From Spirochaetia bacterium (GTDB lineage Bacteria; Spirochaetota; Spirochaetia; CAKZLE01): a stretch of 64,000 nucleotides of DNA. Each line of letters begins with the position of its first letter. Positions within the stretch are counted from its first letter, which is position 1. Shown piece after piece: positions 47,420-56,466 of this stretch. The stretch lies in assembly GCA_963677595.1 (NCBI GenBank), contig OY782041.1, positions 2,048,001-2,112,000 of the forward strand, written 5' to 3'. A program made the translations under genes and the position numbers. The notes below the pieces were generated by a model. It saw only the letters and a list, made by a program, of their open reading frames with translations, made no database searches and was not told the DNA's origin.

Positions 47420-48106
47420 ATGACAGTATTGGAATTAGCCCGGCGGTACCCGACGGCGGCAGAGTACATCTCCCAGATCTATCTCATTATAAGAGACTAC
47501 AGCTACTGCAGCAACAGGAGGCTGGCTGAGTTCATCGGGGTCTCTCCCTCGGCAGTGACCCAATCCGCCTCCCGGCTGAAGAAGCTCGGTCTCACCGACC
47601 AGGACAAGTACGGGATGATCAGCCTGACTGAAGAGGGAACTACCCTTGCGGAGCAGATCCTGAAGCGGCATTACCTCCTCGAGTACCTGATGGTCAGGGA
47701 ACTCGGTTTCCCCTGGGACCTGGCAGACAAGGAGGCTGAACACCTCCAGGACAAGATATCATCGGCGTTCCTCGACCACCTCTGCAGCAGGCTCGGGAAT
47801 CCCGACCGATGTCCTCATGGGAATCCCTTCCCGGGGAACCCCCAAAGCAGTGCCATCCTCTCCGCGAAAGGACTCGACCAGTTCAATGCCGGGGACAGGA
47901 TCCGGGTCGTTCGGATCACCGAGGAAGGTGAACGGATCGAAGGCCTGCTCCACCACTGTTATGTGAACCAGGTCATGCCTGACAGCCTCTATACCATAGG
48001 GGATAGGACGAAGACTGAGGTCATCCTGCTCGGGAACGACGATACCACGGTTACCCTGCCCCTGGAATTCATCAGGTTCATAAAGGTCGAGCCGGTACAG
48101 CTATAA
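47420..48106 (+). CDS. DtxR/MntR-family metal-dependent regulator with FeoA-like C-terminal domain
   Basis: LAEFIGVSPSAVT HTH, LTEEG, KRHYLLE, LGNPDRCPHGNPFP. Confidence 0.88.
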   Translation: MTVLELARRYPTAAEYISQIYLIIRDYSYCSNRRLAEFIGVSPSAVTQSASRLKKLGLTDQDKYGMISLTEEGTTLAEQILKRHYLLEYLMVRELGFPWDLADKEAEHLQDKISSAFLDHLCSRLGNPDRCPHGNPFPGNPQSSAILSAKGLDQFNAGDRIRVVRITEEGERIEGLLHHCYVNQVMPDSLYTIGDRTKTEVILLGNDDTTVTLPLEFIRFIKVEPVQL

Positions 48107-48245
48107 CTGAAAACTGACAGAAGTACCCTATCTCCCAACGATGGAATATGCTACGGTTAGATATAGACAGGTTGTTACATATTGGGAGCCTGTTTGTTAG
48201 TAGTAGTGTATACCTGTGAATCGACAAAGGGACTGGGAGAGGGAC

Positions 48246-49838
48246 ATGAGAAGAATCTTAATGGTAGCATTTTTGTGTGTTACGGCTATATTTTTATTAA
48301 GCCTATCATCATGCGATCTTTTATTTGGCAGCAAACTTACCCCTGAACCGGAGAAGGAATGGACGATCATGGTCTGGATGGATGGGGATAACAGTCTTGC
48401 TTCTGAAGCAGTTTATGACTTCCATGAGATGGAGTACGGGCTGATGCTGGCACAGCAGACTGATCCGGATATCTTGGATGACCTTAGTGTGATCGTCCAG
48501 TTCGACCATCTAACCAATGATAAGGATTACGAAGGGATCTATAAGGTCCTGCCTTCATCCACTTCTGCAAGTTCGACTAGCAGTGCCTTGCCCCTGAACA
48601 ATAAGAGAATAGCATTCTCAGCAGACCCGAATATGGGATCTGCAGAAGAACTGGCGAACTTCATCGATACGGTGAAGTACTATTTTCCCGCAAAGAAGTA
48701 CGCCCTCATCCTCTGGAACCATGGTGGGGGAGTCAGATCGATCAAGGAAGACAATGCACCTGCACGGGCCATCTGCTGGGATGACGGTAATGATGAAGAT
48801 GCATTGTATATCGGGGAGATCAAGGATAATCTGACATCAGATCATAGTGTCGACTTCCTCGGTATGGATGCCTGCCTGATGGGCTTCCTGGAAGTAGCCT
48901 ATGAGTTCAGGCCTGGTACCAATGATTTCGGTGCTGATGCGATCTCCTTCTCTCCGGCAACGGAGCAGGGCGACGGCTGGGAGTATCACAGAATTCTTAA
49001 CAGGTTAGGGGGGGCAGGTAATCAGGAAAATCTGACGGATTATGATGATGGGCATCCGGGTGTCGTTGATGACTGTGTGAATATCGAGACCCTCACTGCT
49101 AACCAGTTTGCCGGGATCGTGGCAAAAGAGTACAAGGATGCGTTCTCTAATGACAGCTGGGAGACACAGACGGCGTTGGACTTGACACAGATCGCGGCAG
49201 TGAAGAGTGCGGTTGACAGTTTTGCTGCTGAGTTGGTTCCTTATAAAACAGAAGTTGAAGATATCAGGGGGTATGTTTCAGATCACTCAATGAATCTGAT
49301 GGCATACTTTAATGAGAGTGATTCCTATTCCTCAAGTATTGATTCGGATGCCAACGAATGGCTGGATTACGCAGGTTTCGATCTCTATGAGTTGGCAGAG
49401 CAGGTTGGATTGGCTGATTTGGATTCAAACGTCAATTCAGCAGCATCCGCTCTGAAGACAGCTGTTGATGATGCGATCATCTATTCCTGGGCTGAGTCTA
49501 GCTATACTGGCTATGGTACAGGGGTCGAATCCGGTAAGAACGGATTGGCGATCTTCTTCCCTGACGGGAATGCGACTTATCAAACAACAGCTAATACCTA
49601 CTGGTATTACCAGGATTGGTATAACGGTGTCGATCATGATGCCTATGTCGATTGGTGGCAGAATGATCTTTTAGCGTCTGGAGAGCCTCAATATGGTGCC
49701 CTCGATTTCTGTACCAGTGATGGAGATGGGACGGTAGAATCCTGGTTCGAGCTGCTACAGTACTGGTATAATCCAAGTACAACACCGGTAGTTGAGAATA
49801 CTACATTTAATGATTACAATCCCAGTTTTTTGGAATAA
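48246..49838 (+). CDS. Clostripain-family (C11) cysteine peptidase lipoprotein
   Basis: Lipobox SLSSC; WTIMVWMDGDNSL; catalytic LWNHGGG and DACLM. Confidence 0.88.
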   Translation: MRRILMVAFLCVTAIFLLSLSSCDLLFGSKLTPEPEKEWTIMVWMDGDNSLASEAVYDFHEMEYGLMLAQQTDPDILDDLSVIVQFDHLTNDKDYEGIYKVLPSSTSASSTSSALPLNNKRIAFSADPNMGSAEELANFIDTVKYYFPAKKYALILWNHGGGVRSIKEDNAPARAICWDDGNDEDALYIGEIKDNLTSDHSVDFLGMDACLMGFLEVAYEFRPGTNDFGADAISFSPATEQGDGWEYHRILNRLGGAGNQENLTDYDDGHPGVVDDCVNIETLTANQFAGIVAKEYKDAFSNDSWETQTALDLTQIAAVKSAVDSFAAELVPYKTEVEDIRGYVSDHSMNLMAYFNESDSYSSSIDSDANEWLDYAGFDLYELAEQVGLADLDSNVNSAASALKTAVDDAIIYSWAESSYTGYGTGVESGKNGLAIFFPDGNATYQTTANTYWYYQDWYNGVDHDAYVDWWQNDLLASGEPQYGALDFCTSDGDGTVESWFELLQYWYNPSTTPVVENTTFNDYNPSFLE

Positions 49839-49850
49839 GAGGAATCATAT

Positions 49851-50246
49851 ATGAAAAGAGTATTAGGCTTATTAATGATAGCAGGATTAGCACTGATGCT
49901 GTTTACTTCCTGCGCCACCCCGATTTACGCTGCAGGGCAGCAGGAGGTCCCTGTGAGTGATGCCCCGGTCGTCAAGAAGGGGGAGATCTCAGCGCTTCCC
50001 TCGGTCGTATCCCTCAGGGCATTGGTTGAGATCACTGCTGCCGGCGGGGTCTTCCTGGTCGATGATTGGGATTCGAAGAGCAAGAAATCGTACCAGGTCG
50101 TCGGTGATATGGCCAATTTCTTACTCAACTTCAGGGGAGAGGTCGTCGATACCGATGTCATCTTCCTGGAGAGGACGACCTGGAGCGGGTCAGTGGTGAT
50201 CGTTAACCTCAGGCTTCCGGGGAGTAACACCTCGACCATCAAGTAA
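49851..50246 (+). CDS. Hypothetical lipoprotein
   Basis: Lipobox FTSC; GAGG RBS; immediately follows the peptidase gene. Confidence 0.75.
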   Translation: MKRVLGLLMIAGLALMLFTSCATPIYAAGQQEVPVSDAPVVKKGEISALPSVVSLRALVEITAAGGVFLVDDWDSKSKKSYQVVGDMANFLLNFRGEVVDTDVIFLERTTWSGSVVIVNLRLPGSNTSTIK

Positions 50247-50267
50247 CATGATACTGCAGCATACAGA

Positions 50268-50289
50268 GAGGGTCCCGTTCGGGACCCTC
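50268..50289. terminator. Hairpin between convergent genes
   Basis: GAGGGTCCC-GTTC-GGGACCCTC. Confidence 0.65.
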
Positions 50290-50316
50290 AGCTGTTTCTC
50301 GTGAGTCATTCCGATC

Positions 50317-51675
50317 CTAGACGTATCCCTGGTCGAGCATGGCATTGGCGACCCGCATGAACCCCGCTATGTTGGCGCCGTCGACATAATTGCCTTTGGT
50401 GCTGTACTGGTCGGAGTACTCGATACACATGGTGTGAATCCGTTTCATGATGTTCTGCAGCTCTGCATCTACCCGTTCGCGTGTCCATACCATCCGGGAA
50501 CTGTTCTGGGCCATCTCAAGACCTGATACGGCGACACCGCCCGCATTGGTTGCCTTGGCCGGTCCATAGAGGATGTTGTTGTCGATGAAGAGCTTCACCC
50601 CTTCTTCGCAGGTGGGCATGTTCGCCCCTTCAGCGATCACGGTCACACCGTTATTCAGGAGGTTCTGGGCGTCCTGCTCATTGATCTCGTTCTGTGTAGC
50701 ACAGGGGAAGGCACAGTCTGCCTTGATGTCCCACAGGGGATTGTGAGTTCTTCCGTCCCTGACCGGTGTGTAATGTGCGTGCGGATATTCCTCTTCGTAT
50801 TCCGCGATCCTGCCCCGCTTCACGTTCTTGAGCATCATGATGTACTCGAGCTTCTCGGTATCGATGCCCTCCTCATCATAGATGAACCCTGATGAGTCAG
50901 AGACCGTGACGACCTTGGCGCCGAGCTCGATGAGCTTCTCGATCGTGAACTGTGCGACATTTCCGGAGCCGGAGACAAGGCAGGTCTTGCCCTCTAGGGT
51001 CTCTCCCCTGGTCTCCATCATGTTCTGGGTGAAGTAGATCAACCCGTAACCTGTCGCTTCCGGGCGGATCAGGGAGCCTCCCCATTCACGTCCCTTGCCG
51101 GTGAGGATCCCGGTGAACTGGTTCTTGATCCGCTTGTACTGGCCGAACATGAAGCCTATCTCTCGTGCCCCGACCCCGATATCACCGGCGGGGACGTCAG
51201 TGTTCTCACCGATGTGCCGGTAGAGCTCGGTCATGAAGCTCTGGCAGAAGCGCATGACTTCCAGGTCACTCTTCCCCTTGGGATTGAAGTCAGACCCGCC
51301 TTTTCCTCCGCCGAGGCTCAGGCCGGTGAGGCTGTTCTTGAAGACCTGCTCGAAGGCGAGGAACTTCATGATGCTCTGGTTGACCGAGGCATGGAGCCTC
51401 AGCCCTCCCTTGTAGGGACCGAGGGCGCTGTTCATCTCCACACGGAAGCCCCTGTTTACCTGGAGCTCCTCGTTGTCGTCGACCCAGGGTACCCTGAAGG
51501 AGACGATCCGCTCCGGTTCGATCATGCGCTCGAGTACCCGGTGATACCTGATCGCCGGGAATGCGTCGATAACTTTTTCAAGTGAGTACAGTACCTCATG
51601 TACTGCCTGGTGGAACTCCCGTTCGTTGGGGTCCCGCTGTTCCATCGTAGTTATGATGGGTGAGATAATTGACAT
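50317..51675 (-). CDS. gdhA: NADP-specific glutamate dehydrogenase
   Basis: GPYKGGLR, GGGKGGSDF, DVPAGDIGVG, RPEATGYG, GSGNVA, EGANMP. Confidence 0.96.
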   Translation of the reverse strand: MSIISPIITTMEQRDPNEREFHQAVHEVLYSLEKVIDAFPAIRYHRVLERMIEPERIVSFRVPWVDDNEELQVNRGFRVEMNSALGPYKGGLRLHASVNQSIMKFLAFEQVFKNSLTGLSLGGGKGGSDFNPKGKSDLEVMRFCQSFMTELYRHIGENTDVPAGDIGVGAREIGFMFGQYKRIKNQFTGILTGKGREWGGSLIRPEATGYGLIYFTQNMMETRGETLEGKTCLVSGSGNVAQFTIEKLIELGAKVVTVSDSSGFIYDEEGIDTEKLEYIMMLKNVKRGRIAEYEEEYPHAHYTPVRDGRTHNPLWDIKADCAFPCATQNEINEQDAQNLLNNGVTVIAEGANMPTCEEGVKLFIDNNILYGPAKATNAGGVAVSGLEMAQNSSRMVWTRERVDAELQNIMKRIHTMCIEYSDQYSTKGNYVDGANIAGFMRVANAMLDQGYV

Positions 51676-51956
51676 ATACACTACTCCTTACTATGAAAGG
51701 TTTGGACAGTATAGTCAGTGGGGAACCTTGAGTCAAATAATAATTATACATATATGTAAAAATATGTATAAATTATGCATAAACATACAGTAATAAAGAG
51801 TATTAAGCGGAGAAGCCGGTAAAATACATTATGATACAGTATGTAACATACCATAAGAGAGAAGCCGTGTCCCGGTAGTGCATGGGGACCATACACTGTT
51901 GGAGGTTTTGTCCTTTACTGATTTACAACGCTATCCCCGCTGAGTAGAATGGTGTC

Positions 51957-52607
51957 ATGAAACAGTACATCGTCATTGCGGGGAACATCGGGGCAGGGAA
52001 GTCGACTCTGGTGAAGCGCCTCTGTGAGCGGGTAGGGTGGAAGCCCTACTTCGAACCGGTTTCGGAGAACCCCTACCTCGAGGACTTCTATGCAGATATG
52101 AGAGGCTATGCCTTTCGCTCCCAGCTCTACTTCCTGACAGACAGGCTGCGAACCCATAAGGAGCTGCAGGACTTCCCCGGTCCCGTGGTGCAGGACCGGT
52201 CGGTATTCGAGGATGCCGAGGTCTTTGCCCGGAACCTCTATGAGCAGGGTGCCTTCAGTGAGCGGGACTACGCCACCTACCGGAAGGTCTATGACCTCTT
52301 CGTCTCCTTCCTCGAGCCGCCCTCCCTGGTGGTCTATCTTGCTTCATCCCTGTCGACACTGCGTGAGCGGATCGCCCTGCGCGGGCGTGATTTCGAGGCA
52401 GATATCACGGATGAGTACCTGCTGGGGCTCAACCGGCTCTATGACGAGTGGATAAGCTCCTACACCCTCGGTCCGGTCCTCACGATCGACACGGCCTCCG
52501 TCGATATCGTGAACCGGCCGGAGGATCTGGAGACGGTCGTGGACCTCATCCGGGAGGCGATGAAGGGGAAGCAGGAAGACTTCTTCGATGTCTTCGAGGG
52601 GGCTTAA
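51957..52607 (+). CDS. Deoxynucleoside kinase
   Basis: GNIGAGKST, FEPV..NPYL, QDRSVFED, RGRDFE. Confidence 0.92.
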   Translation: MKQYIVIAGNIGAGKSTLVKRLCERVGWKPYFEPVSENPYLEDFYADMRGYAFRSQLYFLTDRLRTHKELQDFPGPVVQDRSVFEDAEVFARNLYEQGAFSERDYATYRKVYDLFVSFLEPPSLVVYLASSLSTLRERIALRGRDFEADITDEYLLGLNRLYDEWISSYTLGPVLTIDTASVDIVNRPEDLETVVDLIREAMKGKQEDFFDVFEGA

Positions 52608-53023
52608 GCCAGGCTCTCCTCGAAGGCCTTCCTCAGACGCTCCGGAACCGGGACAGGCTTGTTCTGCTTCACATCGAAAAAATAGCCCGTCTGGGTCCCG
52701 ATGCAGTGGATCTTCCCCTCGCTGGATATCTCGAACTTAGCCGTCCATTTCGCCCTGCCGAGGGAATGCATCCAGCCGATGCCGGTGATCCGGTCAGAGA
52801 GCCGGACGGGGTACTTGTACTCCACCTCGGTCTTCGCCAGGATGGGCGAGATATCGAGAGCCATCATCTGGTCATAGGGATAGGAACGTTCCAGGGCCTC
52901 GGTCCTCAGGTCCTCGAACCACCGGATGTAGACGATGTTGCTCACGATCCCCATCGCGTCGATATCATAGGCTTTCACGGTAATCGGCTGCTCAACCAGC
53001 AGCGCGCGTGGTTCATGTTCCAT
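52604..53023 (-). CDS. Acyl-CoA thioesterase (4HBT/YbgC family)
   Basis: YDIDAMGIVSNIVYIRWFEDLR. Confidence 0.88.
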   Translation of the reverse strand: MEHEPRALLVEQPITVKAYDIDAMGIVSNIVYIRWFEDLRTEALERSYPYDQMMALDISPILAKTEVEYKYPVRLSDRITGIGWMHSLGRAKWTAKFEISSEGKIHCIGTQTGYFFDVKQNKPVPVPERLRKAFEESLA

Positions 53024-53132
53024 AACAGTTCTCCTGAATTCAATCTCATTGTACGAAGTAATACTTTAACGAATGCTCGATGTCTGCTATCATCATTACC
53101 ATACCATATGAAGGGGCGGGGTGAATACAGTA

Positions 53133-53591
53133 ATGGGAATCGAGGATGTACGGCAGGACTTCACTGCCCGTGGTATAGAACTAGAGATCATGGAGTTCGA
53201 CCAGAGCTCAGCGACCGTGGAACTGGCGGCTGAGGCCCTGGGTACGGAACCTGCGAGGATCGCCAAGACGATGGCGTTCTCCGTAGGGGGGAACCCGCTG
53301 CTGATCGTCCTCAAGGGCTCTGCGCGGGTCGACAACAGGAAGTACAAGGATCGGTTCGGGGCCAAGGCGAAGCTGCTTACCGCTGAGGAGGTCGCTGAGG
53401 TGACCGGCCATAGGATCGGGGGAGTCTGCCCGTTCGCTCTGAAGCAGGAGGTCCCGGTCTACCTTGATGAATCACTCAAGGAGTTCGAGGTCGTCTATCC
53501 GGCAGCGGGGAGTGCGAACTCGGCAGTACGGGTGCCTGTCCCCTATTTTCAGGAACTGGTGAGAGGAGAGTGGGTTGATGTCAGCAAGTGA
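53133..53591 (+). CDS. YbaK/EbsC family aminoacyl-tRNA deacylase
   Basis: SSATVELAAEALG...IAKT, GHRIGGVCPF, YPAAGSANS. Confidence 0.92.
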   Translation: MGIEDVRQDFTARGIELEIMEFDQSSATVELAAEALGTEPARIAKTMAFSVGGNPLLIVLKGSARVDNRKYKDRFGAKAKLLTAEEVAEVTGHRIGGVCPFALKQEVPVYLDESLKEFEVVYPAAGSANSAVRVPVPYFQELVRGEWVDVSK

Positions 53592-54015
53592 CGGATACAA
53601 TGGAATCAAAGTACAGATAAGCAAGTGGGTTCATGCACACTACTGGGAGCATGACGATAACTGCGCGACCACGATGATCAGCTGCCTCTCGAAACTCTTC
53701 AATATAGAGATCAATGAGCAGGTATGGGCAGCAGCCCTCGGGATGCACGGGGCCGGCGGCTACCGCGGCCAGTGCGGCCTGGTTGAAGGGGGACTCCTCT
53801 TCATCGGGATCTACGGGATCGGTAAGAAGATGACCCGGGAGAGGATCGTATTCCTCTGCAGGAACTATGCAAAGGCTTTCGAGGCGAACTACTCGTCGAT
53901 CTCCTGCTATGACCTGCGGCCTGAAGGGTTCAAGGCGGATGACCCGCCCCATCCCTGCGAGGGGATGACCACCGATTCGGTCTGGTTCTCCTACCAGTGG
54001 ATCCTGAACCTGTAA
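53578..54015 (+). CDS. C-GCAxxG-C-C family putative redox protein
   Basis: NCA...GMHGAGG..GQCGLVEG...SISC...HPC. Confidence 0.8.
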   Translation: MSASDGYNGIKVQISKWVHAHYWEHDDNCATTMISCLSKLFNIEINEQVWAAALGMHGAGGYRGQCGLVEGGLLFIGIYGIGKKMTRERIVFLCRNYAKAFEANYSSISCYDLRPEGFKADDPPHPCEGMTTDSVWFSYQWILNL

Positions 54016-54038
54016 GTCACAACCAAGGAGCGATACTT

Positions 54039-54701
54039 ATGAGCAATCCCGGAGTGAAGGAGTCCTTCAAACAGAAGGTCGTGGACGGCGGCAGGGCGAT
54101 GGTGGACCAGGGGCTCACCGTCGGGACCTGGGGGAACCTCAGCGTGAGGGACCCGGAGACCGGCCTCATCTACGTGAAGCCTTCAGCCATGAAGTACTAC
54201 GATATCGTCGCCGATGACGTGGTCGTATTCGACAAAGACCTGAACATCGTCGACGGGCATCGGAAACCGACCATAGAGTACAACTTCCATATCGGGATCA
54301 TGAATGCACGACCCGAGATCAACTACATCATCCATACTCATCCTGTCCATTCAGCCGTATTCGGCGTGATCGGGGAGGACCTTCCCGGTATCTGTGAGGA
54401 CTTCGTCCAGCTCGTCGGGGACCGGATCGTCAACTGCCGGTATGCGCTTCCCGGAACGAAGGAGCTGGCAGCCAACGTGGTAGAGAGCCTCGGCGACAAG
54501 CGGGCAGTGATGATCCCCAACCACGGGACCGTCTGCTGCGGTGAGGACTTCGATACGGCGATGAAGGTCTGCTTCGTCGTGGAGAAATCTGCCCAGGTCT
54601 ATATCCTGGCACGGAGCATCGGCACCCCGAAGCTGATCTCAGCCGAGGATGTCGCAGCCATGCAGGATTTCGCGAAGCACCATTACGGCCAGGATAAATA
54701 G
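54039..54701 (+). CDS. Class II aldolase/adducin family protein (FucA-like)
   Basis: GTWGNLS, KPS, KPTIEYNFH, HTHP, PNHG. Confidence 0.88.
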   Translation: MSNPGVKESFKQKVVDGGRAMVDQGLTVGTWGNLSVRDPETGLIYVKPSAMKYYDIVADDVVVFDKDLNIVDGHRKPTIEYNFHIGIMNARPEINYIIHTHPVHSAVFGVIGEDLPGICEDFVQLVGDRIVNCRYALPGTKELAANVVESLGDKRAVMIPNHGTVCCGEDFDTAMKVCFVVEKSAQVYILARSIGTPKLISAEDVAAMQDFAKHHYGQDK

Positions 54702-54715
54702 CCCGGACGCGAAGA

Positions 54716-54737
54716 AAGGCGGGCTTTCGCCCGCCTT
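54716..54737. terminator. Hairpin terminator between convergent genes
   Basis: AAGGCGGGC-TTTC-GCCCGCCTT. Confidence 0.7.
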
Positions 54738-54777
54738 CATCATCAATGATTCCCGCTATCTTTTCTCTCTTCAACCC

Positions 54778-55524
54778 TTATCGTGCGTAGTCAGATGCTG
54801 CAAAGAACTCGGAGTAGGTCTCTACGAGGGTGAAGTTGGTCACCGTCTCGGTCTTGTCCCGCTCAGTGAAGACCTGTGATCCGGTAGTCACCGTCTGTAC
54901 CGGCATCCAGCTCTCCCCATTGTAGTCATAGGTGATCACCTGCGCGATCTCGAGGTTCCCGCTCGTATTGTCATAGATGCTGTATTCCACCTCGGCCTTC
55001 ACGGCATAGCCCTCGTTCTCACTGATCCAAACCGTCCCCTCGACATCCACATCAGTCCCGTTGCTGATCGCTGAGTCGTAGGCGATCTGGTTCTCGTCGA
55101 TCGTGTACTCGAAGGAGTACTCGGCAGCCGACACGCCGTCGATCACCGCTGTCTCCCCGGTAGCCTCATACTCGAGGTCTGCAGCCGCATCGGCGAAGGG
55201 GCTGAAGGCCAGCCCGTCGGTGAAGCTCCCGATCACGGCGAATACATCATCTTCCCCGTACTCGGCTCGGGTGAGCTCATCGTTGCGGTTCTCATCATGG
55301 ATGATCAGTGCCTGCTCGGTGAGCACCGGCTGCCCATCGGCAGTGGTCTCGGTGTAGTTGACTGAGGTGTAGGCCGGCACGAGAGAGGCGCTGTCCGAGG
55401 CGATCGAGTCTGCAGTAGACCACAGGTTCCCGGCGAATGCCCCTGCCATCGAGGCGACGAGTAATACGGCTGCGATGAGCCCTGCTTTCGGTAATCTTCT
55501 TCCATGGTTTCTCTTGTTCATCAT
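54778..55524 (-). CDS. Hypothetical secreted acidic protein
   Basis: Signal peptide ...SMAGAFA; acidic beta-rich mature part (GTVWIS..EGYAVK). Confidence 0.75.
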   Translation of the reverse strand: MMNKRNHGRRLPKAGLIAAVLLVASMAGAFAGNLWSTADSIASDSASLVPAYTSVNYTETTADGQPVLTEQALIIHDENRNDELTRAEYGEDDVFAVIGSFTDGLAFSPFADAAADLEYEATGETAVIDGVSAAEYSFEYTIDENQIAYDSAISNGTDVDVEGTVWISENEGYAVKAEVEYSIYDNTSGNLEIAQVITYDYNGESWMPVQTVTTGSQVFTERDKTETVTNFTLVETYSEFFAASDYAR

Positions 55525-55855
55525 TCTTATCTCCTGAGCTAATCTCACGATTAGCTTTGGCAGTTTTTGACCAGTTCACATAGTTGTTACTTCATGCGAT
55601 CAAAAACTGCTCCATGCGTGCTGAGGATCCTGTTCTGGTATCCCGCACATCCAGTTGGCTTCTCTGTTCTGTCGTACTGACTGATTAGAATATAGGGGAC
55701 CCGTATGGAGGCTGTATGGACTGTCTATGGAGTTTATGTGAAGTTTTGTCAGGTGGCTGTGGAGGTATGATTTCTTGATAGTAGTACTGGAATATGGTGC
55801 TATCGTGTAATACGAAAGCAAACTAGAGACCAGGTGAGAAAGAAGGGGAAGGAAG

Positions 55856-56197
55856 ATGTTGGCGTATAAAGGGTATACCGGACAGGTTGCATATGATGAT
55901 GCGGCCCGGCTGTTTCACGGGGAGGTGCTGCACACCAGGGATGTGATCACGTTCTCAGGAACGACCGTAGATGAGATCGAGCAGGCATTCCGGGATTCCA
56001 TCGATGAGTATCTCGCCTGGTGTGCGGAGGAGGGGGTGCCTGCCGAGAAGCCCTACTCAGGGAAATTCAATCTCCGGATCTCCCCGGACCTGCACAAGGA
56101 GCTCGTAAGGCATGCCAGGCGGGAGGGGAAATCATTGAACAGCTTCGTTGAGGAGGTGCTCCAAGAGCGGGTGACCTACCTGGGATCGAGAAGATGA
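55856..56197 (+). CDS. hicB: HicB-family antitoxin with C-terminal ribbon-helix-helix
   Basis: YKGYTG.V.YD...FHGEV...DVITF...FRDSIDEYL...EKPYSGKFNLRISPDLH...SLN. Confidence 0.9.
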   Translation: MLAYKGYTGQVAYDDAARLFHGEVLHTRDVITFSGTTVDEIEQAFRDSIDEYLAWCAEEGVPAEKPYSGKFNLRISPDLHKELVRHARREGKSLNSFVEEVLQERVTYLGSRR

Positions 56198-56222
56198 ATC
56201 TTCGTTCCCAGGCAGATGAGTC

Positions 56223-56450
56223 CTACAACATCTGTGCGATGGTGTCTGCGCCGAGGACCTGACCGGTACTGACGACCTTCTCGTCGATGACCAGGGCAGG
56301 GGTGGACATAACCTTGTAGGCCATGATCTGCGCCATGTCGGTGACCTTCGAGACATCGGCAGACTTCCCGGTCTGCTCGAGTGCTTCGAGGGTGTTGCTG
56401 TAGAGCTTCTGGCATTTGGGGCATCCGCCCCCAAGGATCTTTATTTCCAT
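56223..56450 (-). CDS. Small thioredoxin-like redox-active disulfide protein (MTH895 type)
   Basis: IKILGGGCPKC...VMSTPALVID. Confidence 0.9.
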   Translation of the reverse strand: MEIKILGGGCPKCQKLYSNTLEALEQTGKSADVSKVTDMAQIMAYKVMSTPALVIDEKVVSTGQVLGADTIAQML

Positions 56451-56466
56451 ATGGTTACCTCATTCT

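Noticed and set aside
48107-48245. Possible structured ncRNA upstream of the clostripain gene (CTCCCAA/TTGGGAG, ACAGG/CCTGT)
   Set aside because: Pairings are short and match no riboswitch I recognise; an Rfam/Infernal scan would be needed.
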